Both the position numbers and the translations under genes were made by a program. The notes under the pieces were generated by a model. That model saw only the letters and a program-made list of their open reading frames with translations, was not told the DNA's origin and searched no databases. DNA of 64,000 nucleotides from Litorivicinaceae bacterium (lineage in GTDB: Bacteria > Pseudomonadota > Gammaproteobacteria > Pseudomonadales > Litorivicinaceae), in NCBI GenBank assembly GCA_965655875.1, contig CBFHIN010000001.1, positions 11,114 through 75,113 on the forward strand. Direction: 5' to 3'. How positions within the stretch are numbered: the first letter of the stretch is position 1; each line of letters begins with the position of its first letter. Positions 41,746-52,268 of the stretch are shown here, piece after piece.

Positions 41746-41921
41746 TTAGCTCCTGGGTTGTTCGCCAGTCGGTGATGTCCCTGAGCCGATAATCTTATTC
41801 CAGGGAAGCACAAAACGTGCGGTGTGCAGGTCCGTTCTCGGAAAGCCTAATGTGCGTTTGCGTTTCCCGCCTTGAACCATTGGGTTCAAGGGCCAAACTG
41901 ACAGCGGCAACTTGGGTCTAC
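41746..41921 (+). ncRNA. ssrS: 6S RNA (ends +/- ~5 nt)
   Basis: Direct similarity to E. coli 6S as I recall it: CCCTGAGCCGATAAT (E. coli CCCCUGAGCCGAUAUUU) and CCTTGAACCATTGGGTTCAAGGGCC (E. coli CCUUGAACCAAGGGUUCAAGGGUU). Closing stem CCTGGGTTG / CAACTTGGG. Conserved zapA-ssrS-ygfA position. Confidence 0.9.
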
Positions 41922-41922
41922 T

Positions 41923-42477
41923 ATGTCTAAAAATACGCTCAGATCGCAATTAATCGAGAAGCGAAATGGGCTGTCGGTGGCAGCTCGGAAAGCGCTGAGC
42001 GACGACATTTCCAATCGCCTATTCGAGTTGTTGCCCGATCATTCACTTCGCATTGGCTCGTACATAGCGCTCGGCTCCGAAGTCGATTTAACGCCTTTGC
42101 ACGCCAAAATCATGGCGTCGTCGAATCGACTTTACATTCCCCGCATCCTTTCAAAGACAACGATGGAAATGGCTGCTCTTGACACCGTTGAACAGTTGAC
42201 CCGAGGGACGTACGGAATCCAAACTTCAACCCAAGACGAGACGATTGCGATGAGGGCGCTCGACTGGCTCATCATCCCTTGCAGCGGGTTTGATCGGAGG
42301 GGATATCGGTTAGGAATGGGTGGCGGTTACTACGATAGAGCGCTAGAAAACTGTCCGCCGGAAACACCGGTTCGGATCGGCGTTGCTTTCGCCACCCAAG
42401 AATCTGAGTTTGAACCAGACCCTTGGGATCAATCCTTTGACTGGATTATCACCGAGAACGAATTTATCCGCCGATAA
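41923..42477 (+). CDS. ygfA: 5-formyltetrahydrofolate cyclo-ligase
   Basis: 184 aa; GFDRRGYRLGMGGGYYDR. Immediately follows 6S RNA. Confidence 0.9.
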   Translation: MSKNTLRSQLIEKRNGLSVAARKALSDDISNRLFELLPDHSLRIGSYIALGSEVDLTPLHAKIMASSNRLYIPRILSKTTMEMAALDTVEQLTRGTYGIQTSTQDETIAMRALDWLIIPCSGFDRRGYRLGMGGGYYDRALENCPPETPVRIGVAFATQESEFEPDPWDQSFDWIITENEFIRR

Positions 42478-42556
42478 TTGCGCTATGCGCAACCGTGACG
42501 GCCAAGATTAACCCGCCAACCATCATCAGCATTTTTAGTGGATCACGACGATTCAT
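42464..42556 (-). CDS. Candidate 30-aa single-pass membrane peptide (below the ORF-track size cutoff)
   Basis: Own translation: MNRRDPLKMLMMVGGLILAVTVAHSAIIGG*. AGGTG lies 9 nt upstream of the ATG. Promoter-like TTGACA-N16-TATTCT lies upstream. Confidence 0.4.
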   Translation of the reverse strand: MNRRDPLKMLMMVGGLILAVTVAHSAIIGG

Positions 42557-42584
42557 GCACACTGCACCTGTCCAAATTTCGTGC

Positions 42585-42612
42585 AGAATACGATAAAAAA
42601 TAAAAATGTCAA
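42585..42612 (-). promoter_or_regulatory. Sigma70-like promoter for the 30-codon ORF
   Basis: Minus strand: TTGACA (42612-42607), 16-nt AT-rich spacer, TATTCT (42590-42585). Located 33 nt after the ilvA stop. Confidence 0.4.
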
Positions 42613-42644
42613 CTTTTATAGCAAGTTAAGCACATTTACGAGAA

Positions 42645-44159
42645 TCAACTTTTCATAAAGAGGCTAACTGCCGGATTTTCCGTCTCATCGAAATAGGTAT
42701 ATCCAATTTCATCAAAATAGCTCGACAACTCATCGCGCTCTGACAGCGCAGCCTGCATGGACACCAACACGCGTCCATACGCAGCGCCATGATTTCTGTA
42801 ATGAAACGCTGAAATATTCCAACGAGCGCCGACAGTATTGAGGAACTTGAGTAGTGCGCCAGGTCTTTCTGGAAATTCAAAGCGAAAGATAAGCTCTGAA
42901 CCTGCCTCTGGACTCCGGCCTCCAACCATATGACGAATATGCAACTTCGCAAGTTCATTTTCAGTCATATCGACCACTGGAAGCCCAGCGTCATTCAATT
43001 TGGATACCAGTTGGCTACGGTCATCTGTGCTGGGATCGGTGGTTACACCAACAAAAATATGCGCTTCATTTTGATCTGCGAATCGATAATTGAATTCGGT
43101 AATGTTGCGCTGGCCGATGTGCTCACAAAATGCTTTAAACGCACCCGGCCGTTCCGGAATCGTGACTGCCAAAATCGCTTCACGCTTTTCGCCCACTTCC
43201 GCACGTTCTGCAACGTGTCGAATACGGTCAAAATTCACATTAGCGCCAGAGAGAACGGCAACCAGTGCTTCACCCGAACCCTCTCTCTCAGCATATTTCT
43301 TCAATCCGGCAACAGCGAGCGCCCCCGCTGGCTCATTGACACATCGCACATCATCAAATACGTCCTTGACCGCAGCACAGATTTCATCCGTGGTCACCGT
43401 GATGACCTCATCACAGGTATCTTTTAGAACGTTAAAGGTATTCTCTCCAATCTGCTTAACAGCCACCCCATCGGCGAATAACCCAACTTGTGGAAGCACC
43501 ACACGGTCTTTCGCTTTCATCGCAGCATCAAGACATGCAGCATCCTCTGGCTCAACTGCAATGATCTTTATCCCAGGACGCACATACTTTATGTATGCCG
43601 CCATGCCAGCTGCCAAACCGCCCCCTCCAACCGGAATAAATACGGCATCAATCGGGCGCGTGACTTGCCTCAACAATTCAACAGCGACAGTTCCTTGGCC
43701 CGCAATGACCTCAATGTCGTCGAATGGATGCAGATACGTGTATCCGTATTCCGCAACAAGCTCCTGACTTTTGACAAAAGCCTCATCGAAACTATCGCCA
43801 TGAAGGATAACTTGAGCTCCGCGCGCTTTGACCGAGCGCACCTTGATTGCAGGCGTCGTGGTTGGCATGACGATGACCGCGGGAATTTTTAGCTTTTGCG
43901 CACCGAGCGCGACTCCTTGTGCATGATTTCCTGCCGACGCTGCAATCACACCTTTTGCCAGTACCTCTTTCGAAATACCTGCCATCTTGTTGTAGGCGCC
44001 TCGGCACTTAAATGAATAAACCGGCTGCAGATCTTCGCGTTTAAAAAGAATGGAGCGGCCGAAGCGCTTGGACAAAAACGGCGCCTGATGAACGGGGCTC
44101 TCGATCGCTACGTCGTATACGCGCGCGGCTAAAATTTTTTTGATCAGGGTGTCAAACAT
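42645..44159 (-). CDS. ilvA: Threonine ammonia-lyase, biosynthetic (two C-terminal ACT-like domains)
   Basis: [23 protein letters not shown]...[10 protein letters not shown] (PLP Lys)...GGGGLAAG. Start at ATG 44159; the tracked 44303 start is an unconserved extension. Confidence 0.93.
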   Translation of the reverse strand: MFDTLIKKILAARVYDVAIESPVHQAPFLSKRFGRSILFKREDLQPVYSFKCRGAYNKMAGISKEVLAKGVIAASAGNHAQGVALGAQKLKIPAVIVMPTTTPAIKVRSVKARGAQVILHGDSFDEAFVKSQELVAEYGYTYLHPFDDIEVIAGQGTVAVELLRQVTRPIDAVFIPVGGGGLAAGMAAYIKYVRPGIKIIAVEPEDAACLDAAMKAKDRVVLPQVGLFADGVAVKQIGENTFNVLKDTCDEVITVTTDEICAAVKDVFDDVRCVNEPAGALAVAGLKKYAEREGSGEALVAVLSGANVNFDRIRHVAERAEVGEKREAILAVTIPERPGAFKAFCEHIGQRNITEFNYRFADQNEAHIFVGVTTDPSTDDRSQLVSKLNDAGLPVVDMTENELAKLHIRHMVGGRSPEAGSELIFRFEFPERPGALLKFLNTVGARWNISAFHYRNHGAAYGRVLVSMQAALSERDELSSYFDEIGYTYFDETENPAVSLFMKS

Positions 44160-44243
44160 GAGAATTCCATAATTAGGACCGGTATCATAGCGCTTGGTCC
44201 AGCTAACAGCTATGATTTCGGGCCGCTTTTTATGGAGATTATG

Positions 44244-44921
44244 ATGAGCCAGGATGCGAAAAAACGTCAGGTTGCTGAAGCTGCCTTCGAGAAAGTTCGA
44301 CACCTTCTTGATTCCGGAACCCCGATTGGAATCGGTACCGGCTCAACTGCAAATTGTTTCATCGACGTGTTGGCAGAAAGCAACACAGAAATTCTGGGAG
44401 CTGTTGCCTCATCAAAAGCGACTGAAGATCGACTCACGCATTACGGTATTGAGCTGCTCGATCTCAACGTGACAGGGCCACTTCCAGTGTACGTTGATGG
44501 TGCCGACGAAGCCGACCCAAGGCTCAATCTCATCAAAGGTGGGGGTGCCGCTTTAACCCGTGAAAAAATTATCGCTGAAGCATCGCATCAATTTATTTGC
44601 ATCGCTGACGATTCGAAACGTGTTGATGTTCTTGGCACATTCCCACTTCCCGTGGAAGTCATTCCTATGGCGCGAAGCTTGGTCGGGCGCGCAATTGTCG
44701 AACTTGGCGGAGATCCTGAATATCGCCAAGGCGTTATCACTGACAACGGTAACCTGATCTTAGATGTGCACGGCATATCCATTACCGACCCAAAAGGTTT
44801 AGAATTAGCGATTAACCAAATTCCAGGTGTTGTCACTTGCGGCTTATTCGCCAAACGCCCCGCTGACATTTTGTTATTAGCATCAGACAACGACATTCTT
44901 GAATTTTCACGAGACGCTTAA
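44244..44921 (+). CDS. rpiA: Ribose-5-phosphate isomerase A
   Basis: [18 protein letters not shown]...[14 protein letters not shown]...[28 protein letters not shown] lies 6 nt before ATG 44244. Confidence 0.93.
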   Translation: MSQDAKKRQVAEAAFEKVRHLLDSGTPIGIGTGSTANCFIDVLAESNTEILGAVASSKATEDRLTHYGIELLDLNVTGPLPVYVDGADEADPRLNLIKGGGAALTREKIIAEASHQFICIADDSKRVDVLGTFPLPVEVIPMARSLVGRAIVELGGDPEYRQGVITDNGNLILDVHGISITDPKGLELAINQIPGVVTCGLFAKRPADILLLASDNDILEFSRDA

Positions 44922-46148
44922 ATGACTACTTCGTTCCATAAATCAAAACTCAAAGTCCTTTTGCTGGAAGGCATCCACTCATCTGCAGAACGTATTTTCC
45001 GGGATGCCGGGTATGAGAATATTGAAACGATAAAAACTGCACTCACCGGCGATGAACTCAAAGCCAAGCTCGAAGGCGTTCATTTTTTAGGTATTCGCTC
45101 GAGAACAACTCTTACGCGCGATATTTTTGAAGCTGCAGACAAGCTCGTCGCAGTCGGTTGCTATTGTATCGGTACTAACCAAGTGGATCTTTCAGCGGCA
45201 ACGGAGCACGGTGTTGTCGTTTTTAATGCCCCCTATTCGAACACGCGCTCAGTCGCCGAACTGGTATTAGCAGAAGCGATTTTATTGCTCCGTGGTATCC
45301 CAGAAAAAAATGCCAAAGCGCATCGCGGTGGTTGGGCTAAGACTGCCAACGATTCCTTTGAAATCCGCGGTAAAACACTAGGTATTGTCGGCTATGGTTC
45401 GATTGGTTCACAGCTCTCAGTGCTCGCTGAAAGCCTCGGCATGCGCGTGATGTTTTATGATGTCGTATCAAAACTCCCACTCGGTAACGCATCCCAGGTT
45501 CCATCTCTTGAAGGGCTCCTCGGGCAGGCAGACATCGTGACGCTTCACGTCCCAGATCTCCCATCGACACGGAATTTGATGGATCAAGAGCGTATTAGTC
45601 AGATGAAACCTAAGAGCATCCTGATCAACGCATCTCGCGGCACAGTTGTCGATATCGATGCACTTACGAAAGCACTCGAAGAGAAGCACTTACTCGGTAC
45701 AGCGATTGACGTATTCCCTGTCGAGCCGAAATCAAACAATGACGAGTTCATCTCACCATTACGCGGTTTTGATAATGCGATTCTGACACCTCATATCGGT
45801 GGATCAACGCAAGAAGCTCAAGAAAATATTGGTGTTGAAGTCGCTGAAAAGCTTGTGCGTTATTCAGATAACGGGTCAACTCTGACGAGCGTGAACTTCC
45901 CAGAGGTCGCACTACCTCCACATCCAAATCATCACCGGCTCTTGCACGTGCATGAGAATCGGCCAGGCGTGCTCTCTGCAATTAACTCAGTTTTTGCCGA
46001 GAATCACATCAACATTGGATCTCAGTTCCTACAAACATCCGACAAAATCGGCTATGTCGTTATCGACGTTGACCGAGACTACTCCGATGTGGCGCTCGAA
46101 AAACTCTCTGAAATCGAAGGGACAATCCGCTGCCGCGTGCTGTTTTAG
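44922..46148 (+). CDS. serA: D-3-phosphoglycerate dehydrogenase with C-terminal ACT domain
   Basis: GIVGYGSIGSQL NAD fold, NASRGTVVD, TPHIGGST; 408 aa. Confidence 0.93.
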   Translation: MTTSFHKSKLKVLLLEGIHSSAERIFRDAGYENIETIKTALTGDELKAKLEGVHFLGIRSRTTLTRDIFEAADKLVAVGCYCIGTNQVDLSAATEHGVVVFNAPYSNTRSVAELVLAEAILLLRGIPEKNAKAHRGGWAKTANDSFEIRGKTLGIVGYGSIGSQLSVLAESLGMRVMFYDVVSKLPLGNASQVPSLEGLLGQADIVTLHVPDLPSTRNLMDQERISQMKPKSILINASRGTVVDIDALTKALEEKHLLGTAIDVFPVEPKSNNDEFISPLRGFDNAILTPHIGGSTQEAQENIGVEVAEKLVRYSDNGSTLTSVNFPEVALPPHPNHHRLLHVHENRPGVLSAINSVFAENHINIGSQFLQTSDKIGYVVIDVDRDYSDVALEKLSEIEGTIRCRVLF

Positions 46149-46162
46149 AGCTTAAATTAAAT

Positions 46163-46183
46163 CCGACCCTCACGTGGGGTCGG
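46163..46183. terminator. Shared stem-loop between convergent serA and mazF-like gene
   Basis: CCGACCC (46163-46169) / GGGTCGG (46177-46183) with a 7-nt loop, followed by CTTTG on the plus strand. Short U tract only. Confidence 0.45.
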
Positions 46184-46196
46184 CTTTGAGAGTGAC

Positions 46197-46520
46197 CTAA
46201 ACAATACCGAGAAAAACCGCGAGAGCTCGATTGACTTGTAGCAGCTCAGCGTCATCGACAGATCCTATCACTTTGCCAATCCGTTTTTTTGACACCGTTT
46301 GAACTTTGTCGACCATAATTTGAGATTGCTTAGTAAGACCTGTCGCTTCGCCTGGACCAACTGTAATTCGAAATAATGGCGCCGAATTCAAATCACTTGT
46401 GATTGGCAGAACAGTCACTGATGGATGTCCTTCAAAAAAATCTGATTGAACAATAAGCGCAGGCCTCGGCTTACCGTAATCGCCCTGCAGCGTAACCGTG
46501 ACTAAACAACCGCGTCTCAC
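46197..46520 (-). CDS. Type II toxin, PemK/MazF family
   Basis: 107 aa; RRGCLVTVTLQGDYGKPRPALIVQSDFF...VTVLPITS, SH3-like barrel signature. 4-nt overlap with the upstream antitoxin. Confidence 0.82.
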   Translation of the reverse strand: MRRGCLVTVTLQGDYGKPRPALIVQSDFFEGHPSVTVLPITSDLNSAPLFRITVGPGEATGLTKQSQIMVDKVQTVSKKRIGKVIGSVDDAELLQVNRALAVFLGIV

Positions 46521-46738
46521 TGCCAGCCATCCGTATCAGCCACCTTGCCCAACCATTCATTGATATCGTCATCGAGTGGGTCGTCTTTGATTAGAAGCGA
46601 CTGACGGCGACATTCTTCTAAAAAGTGGGGACTCCTCGTATCAGGAACCCATATTTGAACAGGACGGAGACCTTGCGCCCTTAAGCGATCTCGGTATCGT
46701 CCCACGCGCTCAGACACACTCATCAAGCCTAACTCCAC
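46517..46738 (-). CDS. Type II antitoxin (DUF3018 / MazE-like)
   Basis: 73 aa; YRDRLRAQGLRPVQIWVPDTRSPHFLEECRRQ. GTG start 7 nt after GGAGG. Confidence 0.75.
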   Translation of the reverse strand: MELGLMSVSERVGRYRDRLRAQGLRPVQIWVPDTRSPHFLEECRRQSLLIKDDPLDDDINEWLGKVADTDGWQ

Positions 46739-46882
46739 CGAATTTCCTCCATAGAATCATATCAGGTGCGTGACATGTAACACCAATCAAAAGAACTCAC
46801 CATTGGAGTATAGAGCTCGTAAAAAATTTTGATTAAGGGAATCCTAGGTCCCTGAGGAGGCCCTCAGCCTCCCAATCTGTGA

Positions 46883-47947
46883 TCAGGAGATCGTTGGATC
46901 CAATTCACCGGCCGAATAACGACTTGCCATCGCTTCAAGACCGATCACTTTGATCTTTGAGGCTTGGCCCGCACAGCCAAATGCTTCATAGCGTGCTTTC
47001 ACGATATCGCTCATCGCTTTGGTTGCTTCTTTGAAGTATTTCCGCGGATCGAATTCAGCTGGATTATTCGCGAGATAGCGACGAATCGCACCAGTCGATG
47101 CTAGGCGCAAATCCGTATCGATATTCACTTTGCGGACACCATACTTAATACCTTCCTGAATCTCCTCGACCGGAACACCATAAGTCTCCGGGATTTCACC
47201 ACCAAACTCATTGATGATCGCAAGCCAGTCCTGAGGAACAGAACTGGATCCATGCATCACGAGATGAGTATCCGGAATACGTTCGTGGATCGCTTTAATC
47301 CGATCAATCGCAAGAATATCTCCGGTTGGTGGACGGGTGAACTTGTACGCACCGTGCGATGTTCCAATAGCAATCGCCAACGCATCAACCTGAGTCGCTT
47401 TAACAAAGTCAGCAGCTTCATCAGGATCAGTTAGCATCTGGTCATGCGATAAAGTCCCTTCTGCGCCAACACCATCTTCTTCGCCAGCTTGGCCTGTTTC
47501 AAGTGAGCCCAAACAACCGAGTTCACCTTCAACTGAGACACCACAAGCATGCGCGATCCGTGTCGTTAAAGCAGTCACCTCAACGTTATAATCGAAACTC
47601 GCGGGCGTTTTTTGATCAGGCATTAGCGAGCCATCCATCATGACCGAAGAAAAGCCCAGTTGAATGGATTGCTGACAGGCATCCGGAGATGCTCCATGGT
47701 CCTGATGCATGCACACCGGGATATGAGGGAATTCTTCAATGGCTGCTTCGATCAGGTGACTCAAGAAACGGCTACCCGCATATTTTCTGGCACCTGCAGA
47801 GGCTTGTACGATCACAGGCGCATCGACTGCATCTGCGGCTTCCATAATTGCACGCATTTGCTCAAGGTTGTTCACATTGAATGCTGGAACACCGTACCCC
47901 TGCTCAGCAGCATGGTCCAGCATTTGGCGCAAACTGATTAATGCCAT
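46883..47947 (-). CDS. fba: Class II fructose-bisphosphate aldolase
   Basis: 354 aa; [23 protein letters not shown]. Confidence 0.95.
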   Translation of the reverse strand: MALISLRQMLDHAAEQGYGVPAFNVNNLEQMRAIMEAADAVDAPVIVQASAGARKYAGSRFLSHLIEAAIEEFPHIPVCMHQDHGASPDACQQSIQLGFSSVMMDGSLMPDQKTPASFDYNVEVTALTTRIAHACGVSVEGELGCLGSLETGQAGEEDGVGAEGTLSHDQMLTDPDEAADFVKATQVDALAIAIGTSHGAYKFTRPPTGDILAIDRIKAIHERIPDTHLVMHGSSSVPQDWLAIINEFGGEIPETYGVPVEEIQEGIKYGVRKVNIDTDLRLASTGAIRRYLANNPAEFDPRKYFKEATKAMSDIVKARYEAFGCAGQASKIKVIGLEAMASRYSAGELDPTIS

Positions 47948-47956
47948 GAAGACTCC

Positions 47957-49123
47957 TTATGAATCGTTTCTGGATTTCAACATTTGAACCGCCGGCAGCT
48001 CTTTGCCTTCGACAAACTCGAGGAAAGCACCACCGCCAGTTGAGATATAACTAATTTGATCAGAGATTCCAAACTGATCGATCGCTGCCAACGTGTCACC
48101 ACCGCCTGCAAGACTAAACCCATCACTAGCCGCAATAGCCATCGACAGCGCACGTGTTCCACCTTCAAACTGAGGGAATTCAAACACCCCAACTGGTCCA
48201 TTCCACAAGATGGTCTTAGCAGATGCCATCATGCCTTGGTAGGAGGCCTGCGTATCTGGGCCAACATCTAGGATCATATCGTCATCAGCAACATCTTCGA
48301 CGCGTTTCACCGTTGCTGTCGCATCAGCTGAAAACTCAGTCGCAACCACAACGTCGACAGGTAACGGAATATCGACTTTGGACATTAATGCTTTGGCCGT
48401 ATCGATCAAATCTGCTTCCATTAGTGATTTACCAACAGGAAAGCCGGCTGCTGCTAAGAAGGTGTTGGCAATACCACCACCAACAACGATTTGATCCACT
48501 TGGTTTGCAAGTTCTGTTAATACATCAAGCTTGGTCGACACTTTTGAACCGCCGACGATCGCAACAGCTGGGCGCTCTGGATTTGCGAGTGCTTTTCCAA
48601 GGGCGTCGAGCTCAGCTGCCATTAATGGGCCCGCTGCGACTTCAGGAGCAAAGCGACCAACACCATGCGTGGATGCCTGCGCGCGGTGAGCTGTTCCGAA
48701 TGCATCCATTAAATACACATCACACAAGGAAGCCATCTTCTTGGAAAGCACTTCATCATCTTTCTTTTCGCCTTTGAGATAACGAACATTCTCAAGTAGC
48801 ACCAAATCATCGGTTTGCTCAAAGCCTTCGATCCAGTCTGTAATAAGTGGGACTTGACGACCCAACTTATCAGATAACGTTTTTGCAACGGGCGCCAAAC
48901 TGAATTCTGGTTCACACGCACCCTCTTCAGGACGACCTAAGTGGCTCATCACAGCGACTTTTGCGCCTTGCGCAAGCAATGCTTGAAGCGTTGGTAATGC
49001 AGCGTCAATACGTGCGGTCGATGTTACTTGGCCATCTTTGACTGGAACATTTAAGTCCTGACGAACCAATACACGCTTTCCTTGCACGTTCAAATCAGAC
49101 ATGGTTTTTATCATTTGATTCAC
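47957..49123 (-). CDS. pgk: Phosphoglycerate kinase
   Basis: [34 protein letters not shown]. Confidence 0.96.
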   Translation of the reverse strand: MNQMIKTMSDLNVQGKRVLVRQDLNVPVKDGQVTSTARIDAALPTLQALLAQGAKVAVMSHLGRPEEGACEPEFSLAPVAKTLSDKLGRQVPLITDWIEGFEQTDDLVLLENVRYLKGEKKDDEVLSKKMASLCDVYLMDAFGTAHRAQASTHGVGRFAPEVAAGPLMAAELDALGKALANPERPAVAIVGGSKVSTKLDVLTELANQVDQIVVGGGIANTFLAAAGFPVGKSLMEADLIDTAKALMSKVDIPLPVDVVVATEFSADATATVKRVEDVADDDMILDVGPDTQASYQGMMASAKTILWNGPVGVFEFPQFEGGTRALSMAIAASDGFSLAGGGDTLAAIDQFGISDQISYISTGGGAFLEFVEGKELPAVQMLKSRNDS

Positions 49124-50136
49124 TCCCTAGAAATAGACTGCCAATGCAGCAATAAATCGATGACGCGATTGGAGTATCCCCATTCGTTGTCATACCAAAA
49201 AAGTAATTTTACAAGTCGCCCATTCACCATTAACTGCGTCGCATCAAAAATCGAGGACGCCGGATGATGGTTGAAATCAATTGAGACGAGAGGGTCTTCA
49301 TTAACGGCGAATCGTCCGCCTTGAATCTGTGACCATTGATGCATCGCGTCCATAATTTCAGTCTCGGTCACCTCGCGATTGAATTCTACGGTGAGGTCGA
49401 CACACGACACATTCTGCGTTGGCACCCGCATCGAAAACCCCTGGATTCGGCCCGATAGTTCAGGCATAACCCACTCAAGCGCTTTAATTGCATTTGTACT
49501 TGTTGGGATCATTGAGCTATGTGCTGAGCGACCACGACGCGGATCGCGGTGGGCACTATCGATTAACACTTGATCGTTAGTGACAGCATGAATTGTTGTG
49601 TAAAAACCGCGCTCGATTTCAACTGAACGCGTCAGACCAGACACTCCCAATGCAAGACAGTTGGTCGTACAACTCGCTGCCGAAATCACTCGATGAGAGT
49701 CGTTGAGCTCAAGATGATTCAAGCCAACAACAACCGTCAAATCAACATCAGGGCCTCCAGGAGCGCCGATGAGGACCCGTGGAGCACCAGCGCCGAGATG
49801 CGCATCTGCTGATTCGCGGTTGGCGAATCGGCCCGAACTTTCTAATACAACATCGACCGGCGTCTGATGATAGTCGATTGCCGCAGGCGTCATTGATTGC
49901 GTAAGCGCGATCGAACGGCCATTCAGCAAGTACCCACCTGTCGGATCCGTTTGGAACAAACGCTCCGAGCGCCCATGAGTGGAATCGTAATGTGTCAGGT
50001 GAATCAAGCTCTCGGCATCTGCCGGGTCATTGATCAGAACCGGTTGAATACGATCAAAAAGACCTCGCTCAGCCAGCGCTCGAACAACGCACCGACCGAT
50101 TCGACCATAACCATTGATTCCGAGTCGCCAAGCCAA
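49120..50136 (-). CDS. epd: Erythrose-4-phosphate / glyceraldehyde-3-phosphate dehydrogenase family (Epd position in tkt-epd-pgk-fba)
   Basis: [21 protein letters not shown]. The epd versus gapA assignment rests on synteny only. Confidence 0.8.
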   Translation of the reverse strand: MAWRLGINGYGRIGRCVVRALAERGLFDRIQPVLINDPADAESLIHLTHYDSTHGRSERLFQTDPTGGYLLNGRSIALTQSMTPAAIDYHQTPVDVVLESSGRFANRESADAHLGAGAPRVLIGAPGGPDVDLTVVVGLNHLELNDSHRVISAASCTTNCLALGVSGLTRSVEIERGFYTTIHAVTNDQVLIDSAHRDPRRGRSAHSSMIPTSTNAIKALEWVMPELSGRIQGFSMRVPTQNVSCVDLTVEFNREVTETEIMDAMHQWSQIQGGRFAVNEDPLVSIDFNHHPASSIFDATQLMVNGRLVKLLFWYDNEWGYSNRVIDLLLHWQSISRE

Positions 50137-52116
50137 TTAGAGCGCCTTAGCCTTGCTCACAACATGATCGACCGTGAACCCAAAGTGCTTCATCACATCA
50201 CCACCAGGTCCAGATTCACCGAAGGTTTGCATCCCAATGACATCGCCCTGGAGCCCGACATATTTGTACCAACCATCAGGATGGCCTGCTTCAATCGCCA
50301 AACGCCTCGTACATGCTGCAGGAAGCACTGACTCCCGGAAGGCTTGATCTTGCTGATCAAATCGACTCGTCGATGGCATCGATACGACACGCACTCCACC
50401 ACCAAGAGCCTCGGCTGCCGCAACCGCCAACTCAACTTCAGAGCCTGTGGCAATTAATATCATCTCGAGAGCTGAGACTTCTTTTTTCAGCACATAACCA
50501 CCACGTGCAATGTCTGCGACTTGTTGTTCATCACGCGGCTGGTTTGCGAGCCCCTGACGCGACAGTGCAAGTGCGGTCGGCCCCTGATAGCTGACAGCCT
50601 CTTTCCATGCCACAAAGGTTTCCGTGGTATCGCATGGACGCCACGTCTCCAAACCTGGAGTCGATCGCAAGCTTGCAAGCTGCTCAATCGGTTGGTGTGT
50701 TGGCCCATCTTCACCGAGACCAATCGAATCGTGAGTGAAGACATAGATCACACGTTGCTTCATCAAAGCGGCCATCCGTACCGCATTACGGGCGTACTCC
50801 ATGAAAATAAGGAAGGTTCCGCCAAAAGGAAGGAACCCGCCATGTAAAGCGACACCGTTCATGAGTGCGCACATGCCGAACTCACGCACACCGTAGTGCA
50901 TGTAGTTTCCACCTGGGTTGTCTTGACTGTTTGCCTGACATTCTGGCCACACAGTCAGGTTTGAATGCCCCAAATCGGCAGAGCCGCCCAATGTTTCTGG
51001 GAAGACCTTAGCGACCACTTCAATTGCATTCTGCGAGGCTTTGCGGGTCGCAAGTTTTGGAGATTCTGCTTGCGTTTGTGCAATCGCTTGATCGAATGTC
51101 GACAGCGCATTGTGCGGGAGATCACCTTGATTGCGACGTTCGAACTCAGACGCTAAATCTGGATACTCCTTCTGGTAGCCAGCAAATAACTGGTCCCATT
51201 CAGCCTGCGCCTTAGCGCCCTGCTCTTTTGCATTCCATGCTGCTTGAATATCGCTAGGGATCTCAAACGGGCCATAGCTCCAATCCATGGCATCGCGCGT
51301 TGCCTGAATTTCCGCATCCCCGAGTGGTGCTCCGTGCGTTTTTTCACTTCCCGCGAGATTGGGCGATCCAAACCCGATAACGGTCCGACAGCAAATCAGC
51401 GTTGGACGCGCAGTTTCCTGTCGTGCTGTTTTTAACGCGATCTCTATCTCTGTCGCATCATGTCCGTCAACACCACGAATCACCTGCCAGCCGTAAGACT
51501 CAAAACGTCCCGGCGTATCATCACTGAACCAGCCACGGACATCGCCATCAATTGAGATGCCATTGTCATCGTAGAAAACGATCAACTTGCCAAGGCCTAA
51601 TGTCCCTGCGAGCGAACATGCTTCATGGCTAACTCCTTCCATTAAGCAGCCATCACCCACAAAACAGTAGGTGTGGTGATCAACGATGGGGAACTGATCG
51701 CGATTAAATTGAGCTGCAAGGGTTCGCTCAGCAAGCGCCATCCCAACTGCGTTAGCCAAGCCTTGACCCAAAGGCCCTGTTGTTGTCTCGACGCCTTCGG
51801 TATAGCCGTACTCTGGATGCCCGGGAGTTCGAGAATGCAATTGTCGGAACGACTTCAAATCATCGATCGTGACGTCGTACCCGGTTAAATGAAGCAATGA
51901 ATAGATCAACATCGAGCCGTGCCCATTCGACAAAATGAAGCGATCACGGTTGGCCCATTGTGGATTCGCCGGGTTATGACGAAGCACGCCTCGCCAGAGC
52001 ACCTCAGCGATATCAGCCATGCCCATTGGAGCACCTGGGTGCCCAGAATTGGCTGCTTGCACAGCATCAATACTTAGAAATCGAATCGCGTTGGCGAGCG
52101 TCCTGCGGTCAGTCAT
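50137..52116 (-). CDS. tkt: Transketolase
   Basis: [32 protein letters not shown]...GDGCLMEG. Start at ATG 52116 behind AAGGA; the tracked 52203 start is an extension. Confidence 0.96.
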   Translation of the reverse strand: MTDRRTLANAIRFLSIDAVQAANSGHPGAPMGMADIAEVLWRGVLRHNPANPQWANRDRFILSNGHGSMLIYSLLHLTGYDVTIDDLKSFRQLHSRTPGHPEYGYTEGVETTTGPLGQGLANAVGMALAERTLAAQFNRDQFPIVDHHTYCFVGDGCLMEGVSHEACSLAGTLGLGKLIVFYDDNGISIDGDVRGWFSDDTPGRFESYGWQVIRGVDGHDATEIEIALKTARQETARPTLICCRTVIGFGSPNLAGSEKTHGAPLGDAEIQATRDAMDWSYGPFEIPSDIQAAWNAKEQGAKAQAEWDQLFAGYQKEYPDLASEFERRNQGDLPHNALSTFDQAIAQTQAESPKLATRKASQNAIEVVAKVFPETLGGSADLGHSNLTVWPECQANSQDNPGGNYMHYGVREFGMCALMNGVALHGGFLPFGGTFLIFMEYARNAVRMAALMKQRVIYVFTHDSIGLGEDGPTHQPIEQLASLRSTPGLETWRPCDTTETFVAWKEAVSYQGPTALALSRQGLANQPRDEQQVADIARGGYVLKKEVSALEMILIATGSEVELAVAAAEALGGGVRVVSMPSTSRFDQQDQAFRESVLPAACTRRLAIEAGHPDGWYKYVGLQGDVIGMQTFGESGPGGDVMKHFGFTVDHVVSKAKAL

Positions 52117-52207
52117 GTGACGTCCTTTCAAAATCACCGAGAAAAATCCAGAGCATGCATTGTTATGAAACCTGAGAAGAACCACAAGACAGGATTTCAC
52201 CAATACA

Positions 52208-52235
52208 TTGACATATAAAGATATCTTTATACAAT
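52208..52235 (+). promoter_or_regulatory. metK promoter-like signal containing a perfect 18-bp palindrome
   Basis: TTGACA (52208-52213), N16, TACAAT (52230-52235). The spacer plus -10 edge is TATAAAGATATCTTTATA (52214-52231), a perfect palindrome. Located 33 nt upstream of the metK ATG, in the tkt/metK divergent region. Confidence 0.6.
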
Positions 52236-52268
52236 TATGTTTGCTTTTACCGACTCAGGACGCTTGCA

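Noticed and set aside
41746-41949. 67-aa minus-strand ORF
   Set aside because: It coincides with the 6S RNA gene on the opposite strand. The RNA call is supported by direct sequence similarity and synteny.
43090-43767. 225-aa plus-strand ORF (and 134-aa and 165-aa neighbours)
   Set aside because: These are antisense or out-of-frame shadows inside ilvA. They have low-complexity Ser/Thr/Ala/Pro composition.
46852-46877. Alternative hairpins (CTGAGG/CCTCAG and GGAGGC/GCCTCC) just downstream of fba
   Set aside because: Possibly an fba terminator, but the stems are short and mutually exclusive, and the nearest U run on the minus strand is more than 20 nt away. Not called.
48223-48777. 184-aa plus-strand ORF
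   Set aside because: Shadow ORF antisense to pgk, rich in Arg/Leu/Gln/His, with no independent signals.
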